Shown piece after piece: positions 11,451-20,688 of a stretch of 64,000 bases of DNA. The stretch's first letter is position 1. Each line of letters starts with the position of its first letter. The notes under the pieces are model-generated. The model saw only the letters and a program-made list of their open reading frames with translations, ran no database searches and was not told the origin of the DNA. The stretch lies in the NCBI GenBank assembly GCA_963716725.1, contig CAVQUB010000034.1, positions 32,001 through 96,000 of the forward strand, read 5' to 3'. Source of the DNA: an uncultured delta proteobacterium. GTDB taxonomy: Bacteria; Myxococcota_A; Polyangia; Polyangiales; Polyangiaceae. The position numbers and the translations under genes were made by a program.

Positions 11451-11522
11451 TGCGTGACGAGCTTGACCCGGTGCGCGCCCGTGGTCTCACATTGGGCCCC
11501 GAGTCACGGACAGGAGCTCTCG

Positions 11523-12476
11523 ATGGCCGACGAAACGAAGACGCTGGTTCTGGTAGCAGACGACGAACCGAGCACCCGCGCGCTCGTCGTCGGACATCTG
11601 AGGCGTAGGGGTTATCGGGTCGTCGAGGCTTCGGACGGCGACGAGGCCTGGATGCTCGCTCATGAGCACCTGCCCGACCTGGTCGTGCTCGACGTGATGA
11701 TGCCCGGAATGAGCGGCTGGGAGGTGTGTCGCAAGATCCGCGAAGCTGTCTCCCTCGCGCACACGGGCGTCGTGATGCTCACCGGTATCGGTGAACACCT
11801 GAACGAGATGACGTCACCGCTGTACGGCGCGGACACCTACGTCGACAAGCCCTTCGAGTTTTCGGTGCTCGACGCGAAGGTGCAACAAACGTTGGCACGA
11901 CGTCGCGGCGGCGCGGTGGGGCGTGGCGACGAGAGGCCCGCCAAGCCGGTGAAGCCTGCCAAGCCGGTGAAGCCTGCCAAGCCGGTGAACCCTGCCAAGC
12001 CGGTGAAGACTGCCAAGCCGGTGAAGACTGCCAAGCCGGTGAAGACTGCCAAGCCGGTGAAGCCTGCCAAGCCGGTGAAGACTGCCAAGCCGGTGAAGCC
12101 TGCCAAGCCGGTGAAGCCTGCCAAGCCGGTGAAGACTGCCAAGCCGGTGAAGCCTGCCAAGCCGGTGAAGCCTGCCAAGCCGGTGAAGACTGCGAAGCCT
12201 GCCAAGCCCGCGAAGCCTGCCAAGCAGAAGCCGCCCGCGAAACCCGCCAAGCCCACCAAGCAGAAGCCGCCGGCCAAAACCACGAAGCCCGCGAAGTCCG
12301 CGAAGCCCGCGAAGCCCGCGAAGCCCGCGAAGCCCGCGAAGTCCGCGAAGCCCGCGAAGTCCGCGAAGCCCGCGAAGTCCGCGAAGTCCGCGAAGCCCGC
12401 GAAGTCCGCGAAGCCGAAGCCGAAGCCGAAGCCGAAGCCGAAGCCGCCGGCCAAGACCAAGCCCAAGAAGAAGTAG
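11523..12476 (+). CDS. Response regulator receiver domain fused to a histone H1-like Lys/Pro/Ala repeat tail
   Basis: AGGAG RBS; VLVADDE, LDVMMPG, MLT, KPF receiver motifs; then AKPVKP/AKPVKT, AKP/AKS and KP repeats. Confidence 0.9.
   Translation: MADETKTLVLVADDEPSTRALVVGHLRRRGYRVVEASDGDEAWMLAHEHLPDLVVLDVMMPGMSGWEVCRKIREAVSLAHTGVVMLTGIGEHLNEMTSPLYGADTYVDKPFEFSVLDAKVQQTLARRRGGAVGRGDERPAKPVKPAKPVKPAKPVNPAKPVKTAKPVKTAKPVKTAKPVKPAKPVKTAKPVKPAKPVKPAKPVKTAKPVKPAKPVKPAKPVKTAKPAKPAKPAKQKPPAKPAKPTKQKPPAKTTKPAKSAKPAKPAKPAKPAKSAKPAKSAKPAKSAKSAKPAKSAKPKPKPKPKPKPPAKTKPKKK
11940..12445 (+). repeat. Coding tandem repeats: 14 x 18 bp (GCCAAGCCGGTGAAG[C/A]CT), then ~14 x 9 bp (GCGAAG[C/T]CC), then 6-bp AAGCCG units
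   Basis: Directly visible in the sequence. Confidence 0.95.
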
Positions 12477-12497
12477 CTCGCCCCCAGCGCGTCGACG

Positions 12498-12534
12498 GCG
12501 CGCGGCGGGAGCGGCTTGCCCGCCGCGCGCATTT
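12498..12534. terminator. 12-bp GC hairpin between convergent genes
   Basis: GCGCGCGGCGGG (12498-12509) / CCCGCCGCGCGC (12519-12530) followed by ATTT; weak U tract. Confidence 0.5.
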
Positions 12535-12559
12535 CCGATCCGTCGGGTCCCAGCCGGCT

Positions 12560-13717
12560 TCAGACCGTGCGGCGTTCGAGGAGCTCGAGCTGCGCGACCG
12601 GTTCGGCGAGGCGCCGCTCGACGTAGTCGGCGGGAGGCATCGACTCGAGCCTGAAGGTGATCTGCCGCGTGAACGGGTTCTCTTCGAGGCTGAGGTAGCC
12701 CTCGTCGGCCAGGGTGCAGAGCATGCCGAAGGCATGGCTCGGCGTCGAGATCGGGTGCGAGCCGGCGCTGGGAACGAAGGCGTTCAAGTCGCAGGCGCGA
12801 AACGGCGCCGCGCGCCGCTCGGCGTCGCCGAAAAAACCATCGAGGAGCGCGAGATAGATGCCGCGGAAGTAGCCCTCGGCGAAGGCCACCCACTCGAGGG
12901 GCTTCGTCACCGCGAACTTGCCGTGCGGCGCGAGCACGGCTCGCACCTCGTGGGTCTCGAAGAACCGCCGCAGGGTGCGAATGCTGTCGAGGAAGCGTTC
13001 GTAGGCCATCGAGTACGACTGGCCGGCCACCGTGAAGATCGGGATCACGTAGCCCTGTGTCTCGGGTTTGTCGACGAGCCCGGTGCAGATGATGGTGTCG
13101 CCGGGAACGGCCACCGCGAGCTCACGATCGTAATAGAGCACGCAGTCGAGGGAGTGACCGGGCGTCGCCAGCGCGCTCACGCCGGGCGGAAGCTCCCCGC
13201 GGTCGACGAAGGACAGCGCACGCTTCGGCGTCCGGGCAAAGTAGCCGCTGAAACGCTTGCGGAGCGCGTTGTTGAGCATCTCCTCGTCGCTGAACGCGTT
13301 GTATTCGTGAAGCCCCCAGTGGGCGCGGGTCTGGAAGATCTCGTAGGTCTCGTTGACAAACGCGGCCTCCGGGTGCGTCAAGAAGCGGTAGCCCGCGGAG
13401 TGCAGGTAGATCGGTGCACGCTCGCCGTCGGGGCGCCCATGGCTCGCGGTGATCCCAGCGCTGCCGGCGTGGTCCCCGTGGCAGTGGGTGAGCAGCAGCG
13501 CGTCGAGGCGCCGCACGCCGTGCGCGTCGAGTGCCCGGCGGGTCTCGTCGACGACGTCGGGACGCGCGGGCCCACACTCGAAGAGGTAGGTACTGCCGCC
13601 GCGACGACGCAGGATCAGGTTGACGTGTTTGGGGCTCGGGTACCCGCTGGGCACCGGCAACACGTCGAGCTGACCGGTCAGGCCGAGCTCATGGAAGGCC
13701 TCTGCGAAGGGCTGCAC
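12560..13717 (-). CDS. Metallo-beta-lactamase-fold hydrolase
   Basis: THCHGDH (HxHxDH), TPGHS, PGD, APHG motifs. Confidence 0.85.
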   Translation of the reverse strand: MQPFAEAFHELGLTGQLDVLPVPSGYPSPKHVNLILRRRGGSTYLFECGPARPDVVDETRRALDAHGVRRLDALLLTHCHGDHAGSAGITASHGRPDGERAPIYLHSAGYRFLTHPEAAFVNETYEIFQTRAHWGLHEYNAFSDEEMLNNALRKRFSGYFARTPKRALSFVDRGELPPGVSALATPGHSLDCVLYYDRELAVAVPGDTIICTGLVDKPETQGYVIPIFTVAGQSYSMAYERFLDSIRTLRRFFETHEVRAVLAPHGKFAVTKPLEWVAFAEGYFRGIYLALLDGFFGDAERRAAPFRACDLNAFVPSAGSHPISTPSHAFGMLCTLADEGYLSLEENPFTRQITFRLESMPPADYVERRLAEPVAQLELLERRTV

Positions 13718-13726
13718 CTTCGCTGT

Positions 13727-15757
13727 TCATATCACGCTTCGCGCAGCCCAGAACTTCCGCACCGCTTCCAAATCGTCGGTGCGTTTCGCTGGAGGCAGCG
13801 CCGCGAGCACGCGCCGCCCGTAGCTCTTCTTGTGAACACGCTCGTCGAAGAGCGCCACCACCCCGTAGTCGTCACGCGTGCGGATCAACCGACCGAAGCC
13901 CTGCTTGAGGGCCAACGCCGCCGCCGGAACGAAGAGCTTCATGAAGGCATTGTCGCCCTGTTCCTCGAGCCTCGCCGAACGAGCTCTCACGATCGGATCG
14001 CTCGGCACGAAGAAGGGGATCTTCTCCAGCACCACCAACCTGAGCGCGTGACCGGGGATGTCCACGCCCTCCCAGAACGAGCTGGTCGCGACCAAAACCG
14101 CGCGCCCGTCGGCCCGGAAGCGTTCGAGCAAGGCTCCCTTGGGAGCCTCGCCCTGCAGGAAGAGTCTTCGGGCGCCGATGCGCCCCCGCAGAGCCCCGTG
14201 CAGCGCGCGCATGGAGCGCAGGCTGGTGGTGAGCACGAAGGCCCCGCCGTCGGCGAGCGCCACCAGCTCCGCGATGCGCTCGGAGGCGATCCGGGCAAAG
14301 TCCGGCGCGCCAGGCTCGGGCAGATCCCGCGGCGTGTAAAACAGCGCGTTTTCGGCGTAGTCGAAGGGCGAGTCGATCACGCTCTCGCCGACCTCGATGC
14401 GACCGTCGTCGAGGCCGAGGCGTGACGAGAGGTAGGCAAAGGGGCTCTCGTCCGGGCGCGAGGCGCCGATCGCGAGGGTAGCGCTGGTCAGCACCACCGC
14501 GGGCACGCTGTCGAAGACGAGGTCACGAAACAGCGATGAGACGTCGACGGGCGAGGAGGACAGCGTCGTGCTCCTGCCCCCGGTCTCGAGCCAGGTGACT
14601 CGTCCCGGGGCAGCATCGACGGCGATGGTCAGCTGATCGCGCAGCGATCGCACCCGGCGCGCGGCGACCTCGAGGGAGTCGCCGAGGGCTCTGGGGTCCC
14701 GCCCCTTGGGCGCCTTCGGCTGCACCAGCCGGCCGCGGGCGGATTCCGCCAAACCCAATACGCTTTCGAGCGCAGAGTCGAGATCGTGCCAGCGCGTGGC
14801 CAGCTCTCCGCTCCACACGTCGCGTTCGATGGCGAGCCGCGCGTCGGCCCCGCCGCCGACATCTGCCTGAACCGCCAGACGCGCCCAGAACGCGTCGCTG
14901 GCCCGCCGCGCTCCTTCGATGGCGCCGCTGCCGATCGACGAGTCGCCAGCGAGCATCACGATGCGCTCGAGGTCCTTCAAGATCACCTCGATGCGCGCGC
15001 TCGACACCCTCACTCCGAAAAAGTCGGTCGCGATGTCTTCGAGCTGATGGGCTTCGTCGAAGATCACCGCGTCGTACTCCGGCAGGACTCGGCCGGGGTG
15101 CGGCCCACCCACCCGGGTATCGCGAAGCGCGTCCCGCAAAGCGAGATCCGCAAAGAACAAGTGGTGATTGACGATGACCAGGCGAGCAGCCTCCGCCTCG
15201 CGACGCATGCGGGTCACGAAGCATCGGTCGAAGTGCGCGCAGCCAGCCCCGACGCGGGTGTCGCTGGACGCGGTCACGTCCCGCCAGATCGAGTGATCTT
15301 CCGGCAGGTCGGCCAGCTCGCTGATGTCACCGAACTCGGTCGTGCTGCGCCACTCTTCGATGCGCCGAATCGCGGCGTCTCGCGCCGGATCCAGGCTCGC
15401 ACGCCGCTGCTCCTCGAAGCGTCGCAGGCACAAGTAGTTTCCGAGGCCCTTCATCACGGCGGCCCGCGGCTCGAGCCCCATGCGCTCGATCAGCGGCAGG
15501 TCGCGGGTTGCGATTTGCTCTTGCAGCGCGCGCGTCGCGGTCGACACGACGACCTTCTTGCCGCTGAGGATGGCGGGAACGAGGTAGGCCAAGGTCTTGC
15601 CCGTTCCGGTCCCCGCCTCGCACAAGAGCACACGCTCTTCGGAAAGCGTGCGCTCGACGGCCGCCGCCATCTCGAGCTGCCCAGGACGCGACTCGTAGCG
15701 CGCTAGGGAGGTGGCGAGCGGTCCTCGGTCGCCGAGCAACTCGACCGCACGACTCAC
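13727..15757 (-). CDS. dinG: DinG/YoaA-family ATP-dependent DNA helicase
   Basis: EAGTGTGKTLAYL, STAT, Fe-S cysteines, DEAH, TSATL, FWEGVD, LKQGFGRLIR; GTG 15757 overlaps the upstream stop. Confidence 0.9.
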   Translation of the reverse strand: MSRAVELLGDRGPLATSLARYESRPGQLEMAAAVERTLSEERVLLCEAGTGTGKTLAYLVPAILSGKKVVVSTATRALQEQIATRDLPLIERMGLEPRAAVMKGLGNYLCLRRFEEQRRASLDPARDAAIRRIEEWRSTTEFGDISELADLPEDHSIWRDVTASSDTRVGAGCAHFDRCFVTRMRREAEAARLVIVNHHLFFADLALRDALRDTRVGGPHPGRVLPEYDAVIFDEAHQLEDIATDFFGVRVSSARIEVILKDLERIVMLAGDSSIGSGAIEGARRASDAFWARLAVQADVGGGADARLAIERDVWSGELATRWHDLDSALESVLGLAESARGRLVQPKAPKGRDPRALGDSLEVAARRVRSLRDQLTIAVDAAPGRVTWLETGGRSTTLSSSPVDVSSLFRDLVFDSVPAVVLTSATLAIGASRPDESPFAYLSSRLGLDDGRIEVGESVIDSPFDYAENALFYTPRDLPEPGAPDFARIASERIAELVALADGGAFVLTTSLRSMRALHGALRGRIGARRLFLQGEAPKGALLERFRADGRAVLVATSSFWEGVDIPGHALRLVVLEKIPFFVPSDPIVRARSARLEEQGDNAFMKLFVPAAALALKQGFGRLIRTRDDYGVVALFDERVHKKSYGRRVLAALPPAKRTDDLEAVRKFWAARSVI

Positions 15758-16173
15758 TTCGTCGGCGGCTCGCGCTTCGGATCCGGAGGCGGCACCGTGC
15801 CGGTGTTCGTGTCGAGAAACTGCACACCGCAGATTTGCCCGTCGGCCTCTTGCTGCACCCACACGACGCGACAGGGTCGTCGAATGTGCTCCTCGTCGCC
15901 GAGCGAGATATCGTACTCGCTGCCAAGCTCGACGCTGTCTTCGACGATGATGCGGACCCCGCCGCGACTGACGTTCAAGGTCCAGCCCTCGACCTCGGCG
16001 CCTTTTCGGTAGAGCCGGACGCGGTCGGACGCCTCCCGGCGGGCGCCGCCAGACTGGCGTCGAGTTCCGTGCGCGGCCGCATCGGCGCCGGGCGGTGGCT
16101 TCGAGTCTTGGTCGGGCACGATCCGGCTGAACATATCAAACTGCTGCATTCGGTGCGCCCACTGAGCGAACAT
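15754..16173 (-). CDS. PilZ domain protein
   Basis: RREASDR...NVSRGG motifs; CRVVWVQ...GVQF. Confidence 0.75.
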   Translation of the reverse strand: MFAQWAHRMQQFDMFSRIVPDQDSKPPPGADAAAHGTRRQSGGARREASDRVRLYRKGAEVEGWTLNVSRGGVRIIVEDSVELGSEYDISLGDEEHIRRPCRVVWVQQEADGQICGVQFLDTNTGTVPPPDPKREPPTK

Positions 16174-16197
16174 TCGGCGGGGCCGAAATCCCTCGCC

Positions 16198-16225
16198 TTG
16201 ACGCTCGGACGCCGCTCTGTAAAGT
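16198..16225 (+). promoter_or_regulatory. Putative sigma70 promoter
   Basis: TTGACG-N16-TAAAGT upstream of ORF 16350. Confidence 0.4.
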
Positions 16226-16349
16226 TCCGGAAGGCACTAGGATGCTGTGGGGGCTAGGGCTAATCGTCGAAGATCGTTGACCATCGGGACAAAGCGGCAG
16301 CCAACCGGCCGCTGAATCGAATATGCTTCCCGAACCTGCCGCAGGCCAC

Positions 16350-16790
16350 ATGTCGCTCACCCCCCAAGAGCTGAAAAAGCTACTTCTCGGCGCCGGGCTC
16401 GAGGTCTACCGGACGCTCGCGGACCGCGTCGTGCTCGCCGACCGGGTGCGGGACAACCTCATCATGGATAGCGGCGTGGCCGCTTTGTCCCAAGAAGCAG
16501 GGCTCGGTGTCCGAGCGGTGTTTCGTGCGCAAGGCTGCGATTTTCAAGGCGAAAACCCGGAGGCCTTGTTCGCGCACGCGAGGCGAATGGCGCAGGACGC
16601 CCAGAGCCGGGGCTACTCCGAGGTCGCGACCAACGTGGTCCCCATCCACGACCCGGGCGACCGGACTCGGGTCCTCGACACCTGGTACGAGGTGGCCTTC
16701 GAGCGGCGGACGAGCGACGGCGACCAGCTCCTGGCTGAGCTGAAGGCCGCGCTCGAGTGGCCCAAGGTCGCCAGCCGCACGATGACCTGA
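16350..16790 (+). CDS. Hypothetical protein
   Basis: Clean ORF with high-GC3 codon usage; no motif recognised. Confidence 0.65.
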   Translation: MSLTPQELKKLLLGAGLEVYRTLADRVVLADRVRDNLIMDSGVAALSQEAGLGVRAVFRAQGCDFQGENPEALFAHARRMAQDAQSRGYSEVATNVVPIHDPGDRTRVLDTWYEVAFERRTSDGDQLLAELKAALEWPKVASRTMT

Positions 16791-16877
16791 CCTCAGCGCG
16801 GCGTAGACCAGCCCGGGTGAGCGTGGTAGGTCCGTCGCCCTTTCGCGCAGCCCCGTCGGGCGCGCACACCGAGAGCC

Positions 16878-18611
16878 ATGCTGTCGTTCTTTCGCAAGGG
16901 TGGGGGCGGCCAGATCATCGTCGGAGCGGTGGTCTTCGCAATCATCATCGTATTCGTGCTCGAGTTCCGCCCCGGCCGCGAGGGCGGCTCGGGCTTCAGC
17001 CGCGAGTGTGCCGTGAAGGTCTTCGACGCGTGCGTCGACCGCAAGGAGTACTTCGCGGCCTACGGTCTGATCGTTCCCCGCGACATGCCGCAGAAGAAGA
17101 TCAAGTCCATGGGCCTGAAGAAGGTCGTCATGGACGGGTTCGTGGAGCGGGAACTCTTGCTGAAGGAGGCCGAGCGGCTGGGCCTGGGCGTCAGCGACGC
17201 GGAGCTCGACGAAGAGCTGGCCGCGGGACGCGCCCGAATCTCGCTGCCGTACCACCAGCTGGGTTGGCTGGGTTACACGCTCGGCGTCAGCGACGAGATG
17301 GTCCGCATGCTCCAGGTGAAGAGCGCCCAGTCCGGAGAGTTCGACTACAAGATTTACGAGCGCACCGTCCGCAACGCGACCAACCGCAGCCCGAAGGAGT
17401 TCAAGGAGATGCAGCGCCGCGAGGTCATCGCGCAGCGCATGCGAGACCTGGTGCGGTCGCGGGTCCGGGTCTCCGAAATCGAGGCCTACACCCAGTGGGA
17501 GAGGGAGCGCTCCAAGGCCGTCGCCCGTGTCGCCTCCGTCCCCCGCGAGTGGTTTGCCAAGTGGGTGGTGGACGCCTCCGACGCCGGCGTGGACGCGTGG
17601 GCGCTGAAGAACGAAAAGCAGGTCAGCGAGGCGTGGAAGCAGGCCGAGTCCAACTGGAAACCCGAGTGCCCCGTGGTCAGCGAGGTGGTCGCCAGCGTCG
17701 AGGAAGAATCCGGCGACGCAACCAAGACCGAAGGGCGCCAAAAGGTGCAGGCCGCCCTCGATCGGATCAAGAAGGGTGAGGCCTTCGACGCCGTCGCCCG
17801 CTCGGCCAGCGAGGGCGCTGCCGCTGAGCTGGGCGGCGAGCTCGGCTGCCTGAACGAGACCTACGGCCCCGGCTCGAAAGAGCTGCTCGATGCGGTCAAG
17901 ACCATGAAGCCCGGACAGGTGTCCGAGGTCATCGAGTCGAAGCGTGGCTTCCACGTGATCAAGCTGCACAGCCTGGTCGCCGAGAAGGATCTCGAGAGTG
18001 TCGGCCGCCGATCCACGGCCCGGCGCCTGGCCGTGCCTGCGCTCGCCACCGAGCTGGCCAAAGAGTTCGCCGACAAGCTGATCGAGAAGGTCAAGGCCGG
18101 CGCCAAGCTCGAGGACGCAGTGAAAGAGCTGTCCCTCGACTATGCCCAGCGTCGCGCCGGCAAGAAGCCCGCGCTCGCTGCCGCCCCGGGCGCCGCGCCG
18201 GTGGCCGCCAAGAAGACCGACCCGCCCGCCATGGAAGACCCGCTCCGCCCCAAGGTGGAAATCACTGCGCCCTTCAGCGTCGCGGGCAGCCCCGTGGAGG
18301 ACCCGTTGCCGGGTGAGGCCCCGGCGGCCAAGGTCTTCGAGCTCGCGAAGGCCGATTCGCTGGTCGAAAAGCCGGTCCGCACCAACGCCGGCTTCGCGGT
18401 GCTCCAGCTCAAGGAGAAGACGCCGGCGAAGAAGGAAGATTTCGAGAAGGATCGCCTGTCGATCTTGCGCGCGCTGCGCGTGACCAAGGAGCAAGACGCG
18501 GTGGCTCGATACATCGCCTCGCTGCGCAGCAAGGTGAAGGACAAAGTCACCTACGATCAGCGCCTGCTGGAGGATACCAGCACCCAAGACGACGGCTCGG
18601 GCGACGGGTGA
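16878..18611 (+). CDS. PpiD/SurA-like parvulin peptidyl-prolyl isomerase
   Basis: N-terminal TM, SurA-N-like region, FDAVARSASE...GGELG...VSEVIESKRGFHVIK parvulin motif. Confidence 0.85.
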   Translation: MLSFFRKGGGGQIIVGAVVFAIIIVFVLEFRPGREGGSGFSRECAVKVFDACVDRKEYFAAYGLIVPRDMPQKKIKSMGLKKVVMDGFVERELLLKEAERLGLGVSDAELDEELAAGRARISLPYHQLGWLGYTLGVSDEMVRMLQVKSAQSGEFDYKIYERTVRNATNRSPKEFKEMQRREVIAQRMRDLVRSRVRVSEIEAYTQWERERSKAVARVASVPREWFAKWVVDASDAGVDAWALKNEKQVSEAWKQAESNWKPECPVVSEVVASVEEESGDATKTEGRQKVQAALDRIKKGEAFDAVARSASEGAAAELGGELGCLNETYGPGSKELLDAVKTMKPGQVSEVIESKRGFHVIKLHSLVAEKDLESVGRRSTARRLAVPALATELAKEFADKLIEKVKAGAKLEDAVKELSLDYAQRRAGKKPALAAAPGAAPVAAKKTDPPAMEDPLRPKVEITAPFSVAGSPVEDPLPGEAPAAKVFELAKADSLVEKPVRTNAGFAVLQLKEKTPAKKEDFEKDRLSILRALRVTKEQDAVARYIASLRSKVKDKVTYDQRLLEDTSTQDDGSGDG

Positions 18612-19897
18612 AGCTCGACGAGCTCAGCTTCTTCGAGCGCACGCTCGACAGCGGCTTGCGCGCGCTCGTGGTGCCAATGCCCGCGGTGCATCGCGTCGTC
18701 ATCAACGCCCAGCTCCGCACGGGCCCCGCCTACGAACCCGTCGCCGACAACGGCATCAGTCACTTCCTCGAGCACATGCTCTACCGCGGGACGAAGCGCC
18801 ACGCCTCGGCCCACGATCAGGCAGACGCCTTCGAGAGCCTGGGCGGAACGCTCGGCGCTTCGACCTACGTGGACCATGGCTCGATGGCCATCGCCGTGCC
18901 GGTCGAGTCGTTCTCCCGAACGCTGCCCCTCTTCGCCGAGGTGTACCAGGAGCCGCTGTTCAACGACATCGACACCGAGAAGGGCATCGTCAGCGAAGAG
19001 ATCCTCGAGAGCCTCGACGACGACGGCGACCCCGTGGGCGCGGACGAGCTGATCCGCACGCTCTGCTTCGGCGACCATCCTCTGGGCCGGCCCATCGTCG
19101 GCACCGCCGACAACCTCGAGGCGGTCGATCGCGACAAGCTCGCCCGCTATCACGGCAACCTTTACGTCGGACACAACACGGTGATCTGCATCGCCGGTCC
19201 CGTCGACCCTCACGCGGTCCTCGACGCGCTCGCGCACGAGTTCCGAGCAGTGCGCCCGGGGGAACCACCCACCACGCCTCCGCTGGGCGAGCAGCGCGAG
19301 CCGCGCTTTCGCTACATCGACCACGCCGGCAGCCAGACCGAGCTCCGGATCGGCTTCCGCGCACCGCCGGATCTTCACCCCCTCGAGCCGGCTACGGATC
19401 TGCTCCTTCGCGTGCTCGACGACGGCATGTCGACACGCCTGTATCATCGCATCTGCGACGAGAAGGGCCTCTGCTACGACGTGTCCGCCGGCTACGAAGC
19501 CTACGTCGCCGGCGGCATCTTCGATCTCGCCGCCGAGGCCACTCACGAGCGAGCCGAAGAGCTCCTGGCAGAGCTGTTCACTCTCGTGCGAGACATCCGG
19601 GACCACGGTCCGACGGACACCGAACTGGACAAGATCCGCGCACGATTGGGCTGGCACTTCGAATCCATGCTCGACGACCCAGCCGAAATGGCCTCGTTCA
19701 TGGCCACCGGGATCTTGACCCAGGTCGCGCCGCACCTGGCCGAGCGACGCGCGCAGCTCATGTCGGTGAGCAAAGAAGACGTGCGCCGCGCCGCCGAGCA
19801 TGTCTTCGTCGCGTCGGGCATGAGCGTGCTCGTCGTGGGATCGCTCCGAAAGAAAGAGCGCAAGGCGATCGAGCGGGCCGCCCTCGGATTTCGCTGA
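18608..19897 (+). CDS. M16-family zinc peptidase
   Basis: GISHFLEHM (HxxEH), EKGIVSEE, STRLYHRICDEKGLCY. Confidence 0.9.
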   Translation: MKLDELSFFERTLDSGLRALVVPMPAVHRVVINAQLRTGPAYEPVADNGISHFLEHMLYRGTKRHASAHDQADAFESLGGTLGASTYVDHGSMAIAVPVESFSRTLPLFAEVYQEPLFNDIDTEKGIVSEEILESLDDDGDPVGADELIRTLCFGDHPLGRPIVGTADNLEAVDRDKLARYHGNLYVGHNTVICIAGPVDPHAVLDALAHEFRAVRPGEPPTTPPLGEQREPRFRYIDHAGSQTELRIGFRAPPDLHPLEPATDLLLRVLDDGMSTRLYHRICDEKGLCYDVSAGYEAYVAGGIFDLAAEATHERAEELLAELFTLVRDIRDHGPTDTELDKIRARLGWHFESMLDDPAEMASFMATGILTQVAPHLAERRAQLMSVSKEDVRRAAEHVFVASGMSVLVVGSLRKKERKAIERAALGFR

Positions 19898-19955
19898 GAC
19901 CCGGGCCGGCACCGACGTTTCGGCCTGGGGCCCTCGCCTGCGCGGTGGACCTGGA

Positions 19956-19984
19956 TTGGCCGAACTGGAGCGCTGGGCTAGCTT
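19956..19984 (+). promoter_or_regulatory. Putative sigma70 promoter giving a leaderless transcript
   Basis: TTGGCC-N17-TAGCTT ending 7 nt before GTG 19992. Confidence 0.45.
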
Positions 19985-19991
19985 TGGTGGC

Positions 19992-20456
19992 GTGAACCTG
20001 GTCGACGAGCTGCACGCCATCGCGACGACGCTGAGCCGTGCCGACATCGCCTACGCCATTTGCGGAGGGTTGGCCGTCACTATCCACGGCGCGACCCGCA
20101 CGACCAAGGACATCGACGTGTTGATCGCCCGGGGCGACGTTCAGCGGGCGCTCGAGGCTGTCCGACCGCTGGGATACGCCTTCGCGGCGTTGCCGATGGT
20201 CTTCGAGGCGGGCACGGATCGCGAGCGGCACGTGCAGCGGGTGACGAAGCTCGAGCAAGGGCACGCGCTGGTCCTGGACCTGCTGCTGGCCGACGCATCC
20301 TTCGCGGGATTCCTCGCCGACCGCGTGACGCTCGAATTGCCTCGCGGGAGCCTGACCGTCGTCTCGCGCGAGACCCTGCTCCTGATGAAGCGCCTGGCCG
20401 GACGGCCCCAGGACGTCGCGGACATCTCCAAATTGGAGACCCCCGATGAGCCGTGA
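19992..20456 (+). CDS. Nucleotidyltransferase-fold protein (putative toxin-antitoxin component)
   Basis: CGGLAVTIHG..RTTKDID motif; C-terminal KRLAGRPQD. Confidence 0.8.
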   Translation: MNLVDELHAIATTLSRADIAYAICGGLAVTIHGATRTTKDIDVLIARGDVQRALEAVRPLGYAFAALPMVFEAGTDRERHVQRVTKLEQGHALVLDLLLADASFAGFLADRVTLELPRGSLTVVSRETLLLMKRLAGRPQDVADISKLETPDEP

Positions 20457-20661
20457 ACTCTGCGCCGCCGAGGTCTCCGCGCGGCTCGCGCGCCTCCGAG
20501 AAATGGTCCGCCCCGAGCAAACGAGTGACGTCGCAAGGCGCCTCTCGGCCGACCGCCCGCGTGAGCCTTCGCTGACGGAAGGCGCGACGCGGCGCCTCGA
20601 TGAGCTGCATGAGCTCTCGGCGCTCACCGGCTATCTGCAGCGGCGCGGCTCCAAACCCTGA
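20446..20661 (+). CDS. Small helical protein, partner of the nucleotidyltransferase
   Basis: 71 aa; overlaps the end of the NTase gene by 11 nt. Confidence 0.6.
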   Translation: MSRELCAAEVSARLARLREMVRPEQTSDVARRLSADRPREPSLTEGATRRLDELHELSALTGYLQRRGSKP

Positions 20662-20688
20662 GGCGGCGAGCTTCCCCGGGGCGGCAGG

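Noticed and set aside
11940..12445. Regular direct repeats resembling a CRISPR array
   Set aside because: The units are contiguous with no unique spacers, are in-frame coding repeats, and no cas genes are present.
11837..12532. Antisense hydrophobic (GLAGFT)n ORF as a membrane protein
   Set aside because: It is simply the reverse complement of the Lys/Pro repeat; no independent evidence.
12560..13717. Beta-lactam resistance gene
   Set aside because: MBL fold only; no signal peptide and a long C-terminal extension, typical of cytoplasmic hydrolases.
16197..16228. Second sigmaE-type promoter (GGAACTT...TCAAG) on the minus strand before the PilZ gene
   Set aside because: The spacer is 20 nt, which is too long; the same bases fit a + strand sigma70 promoter better.
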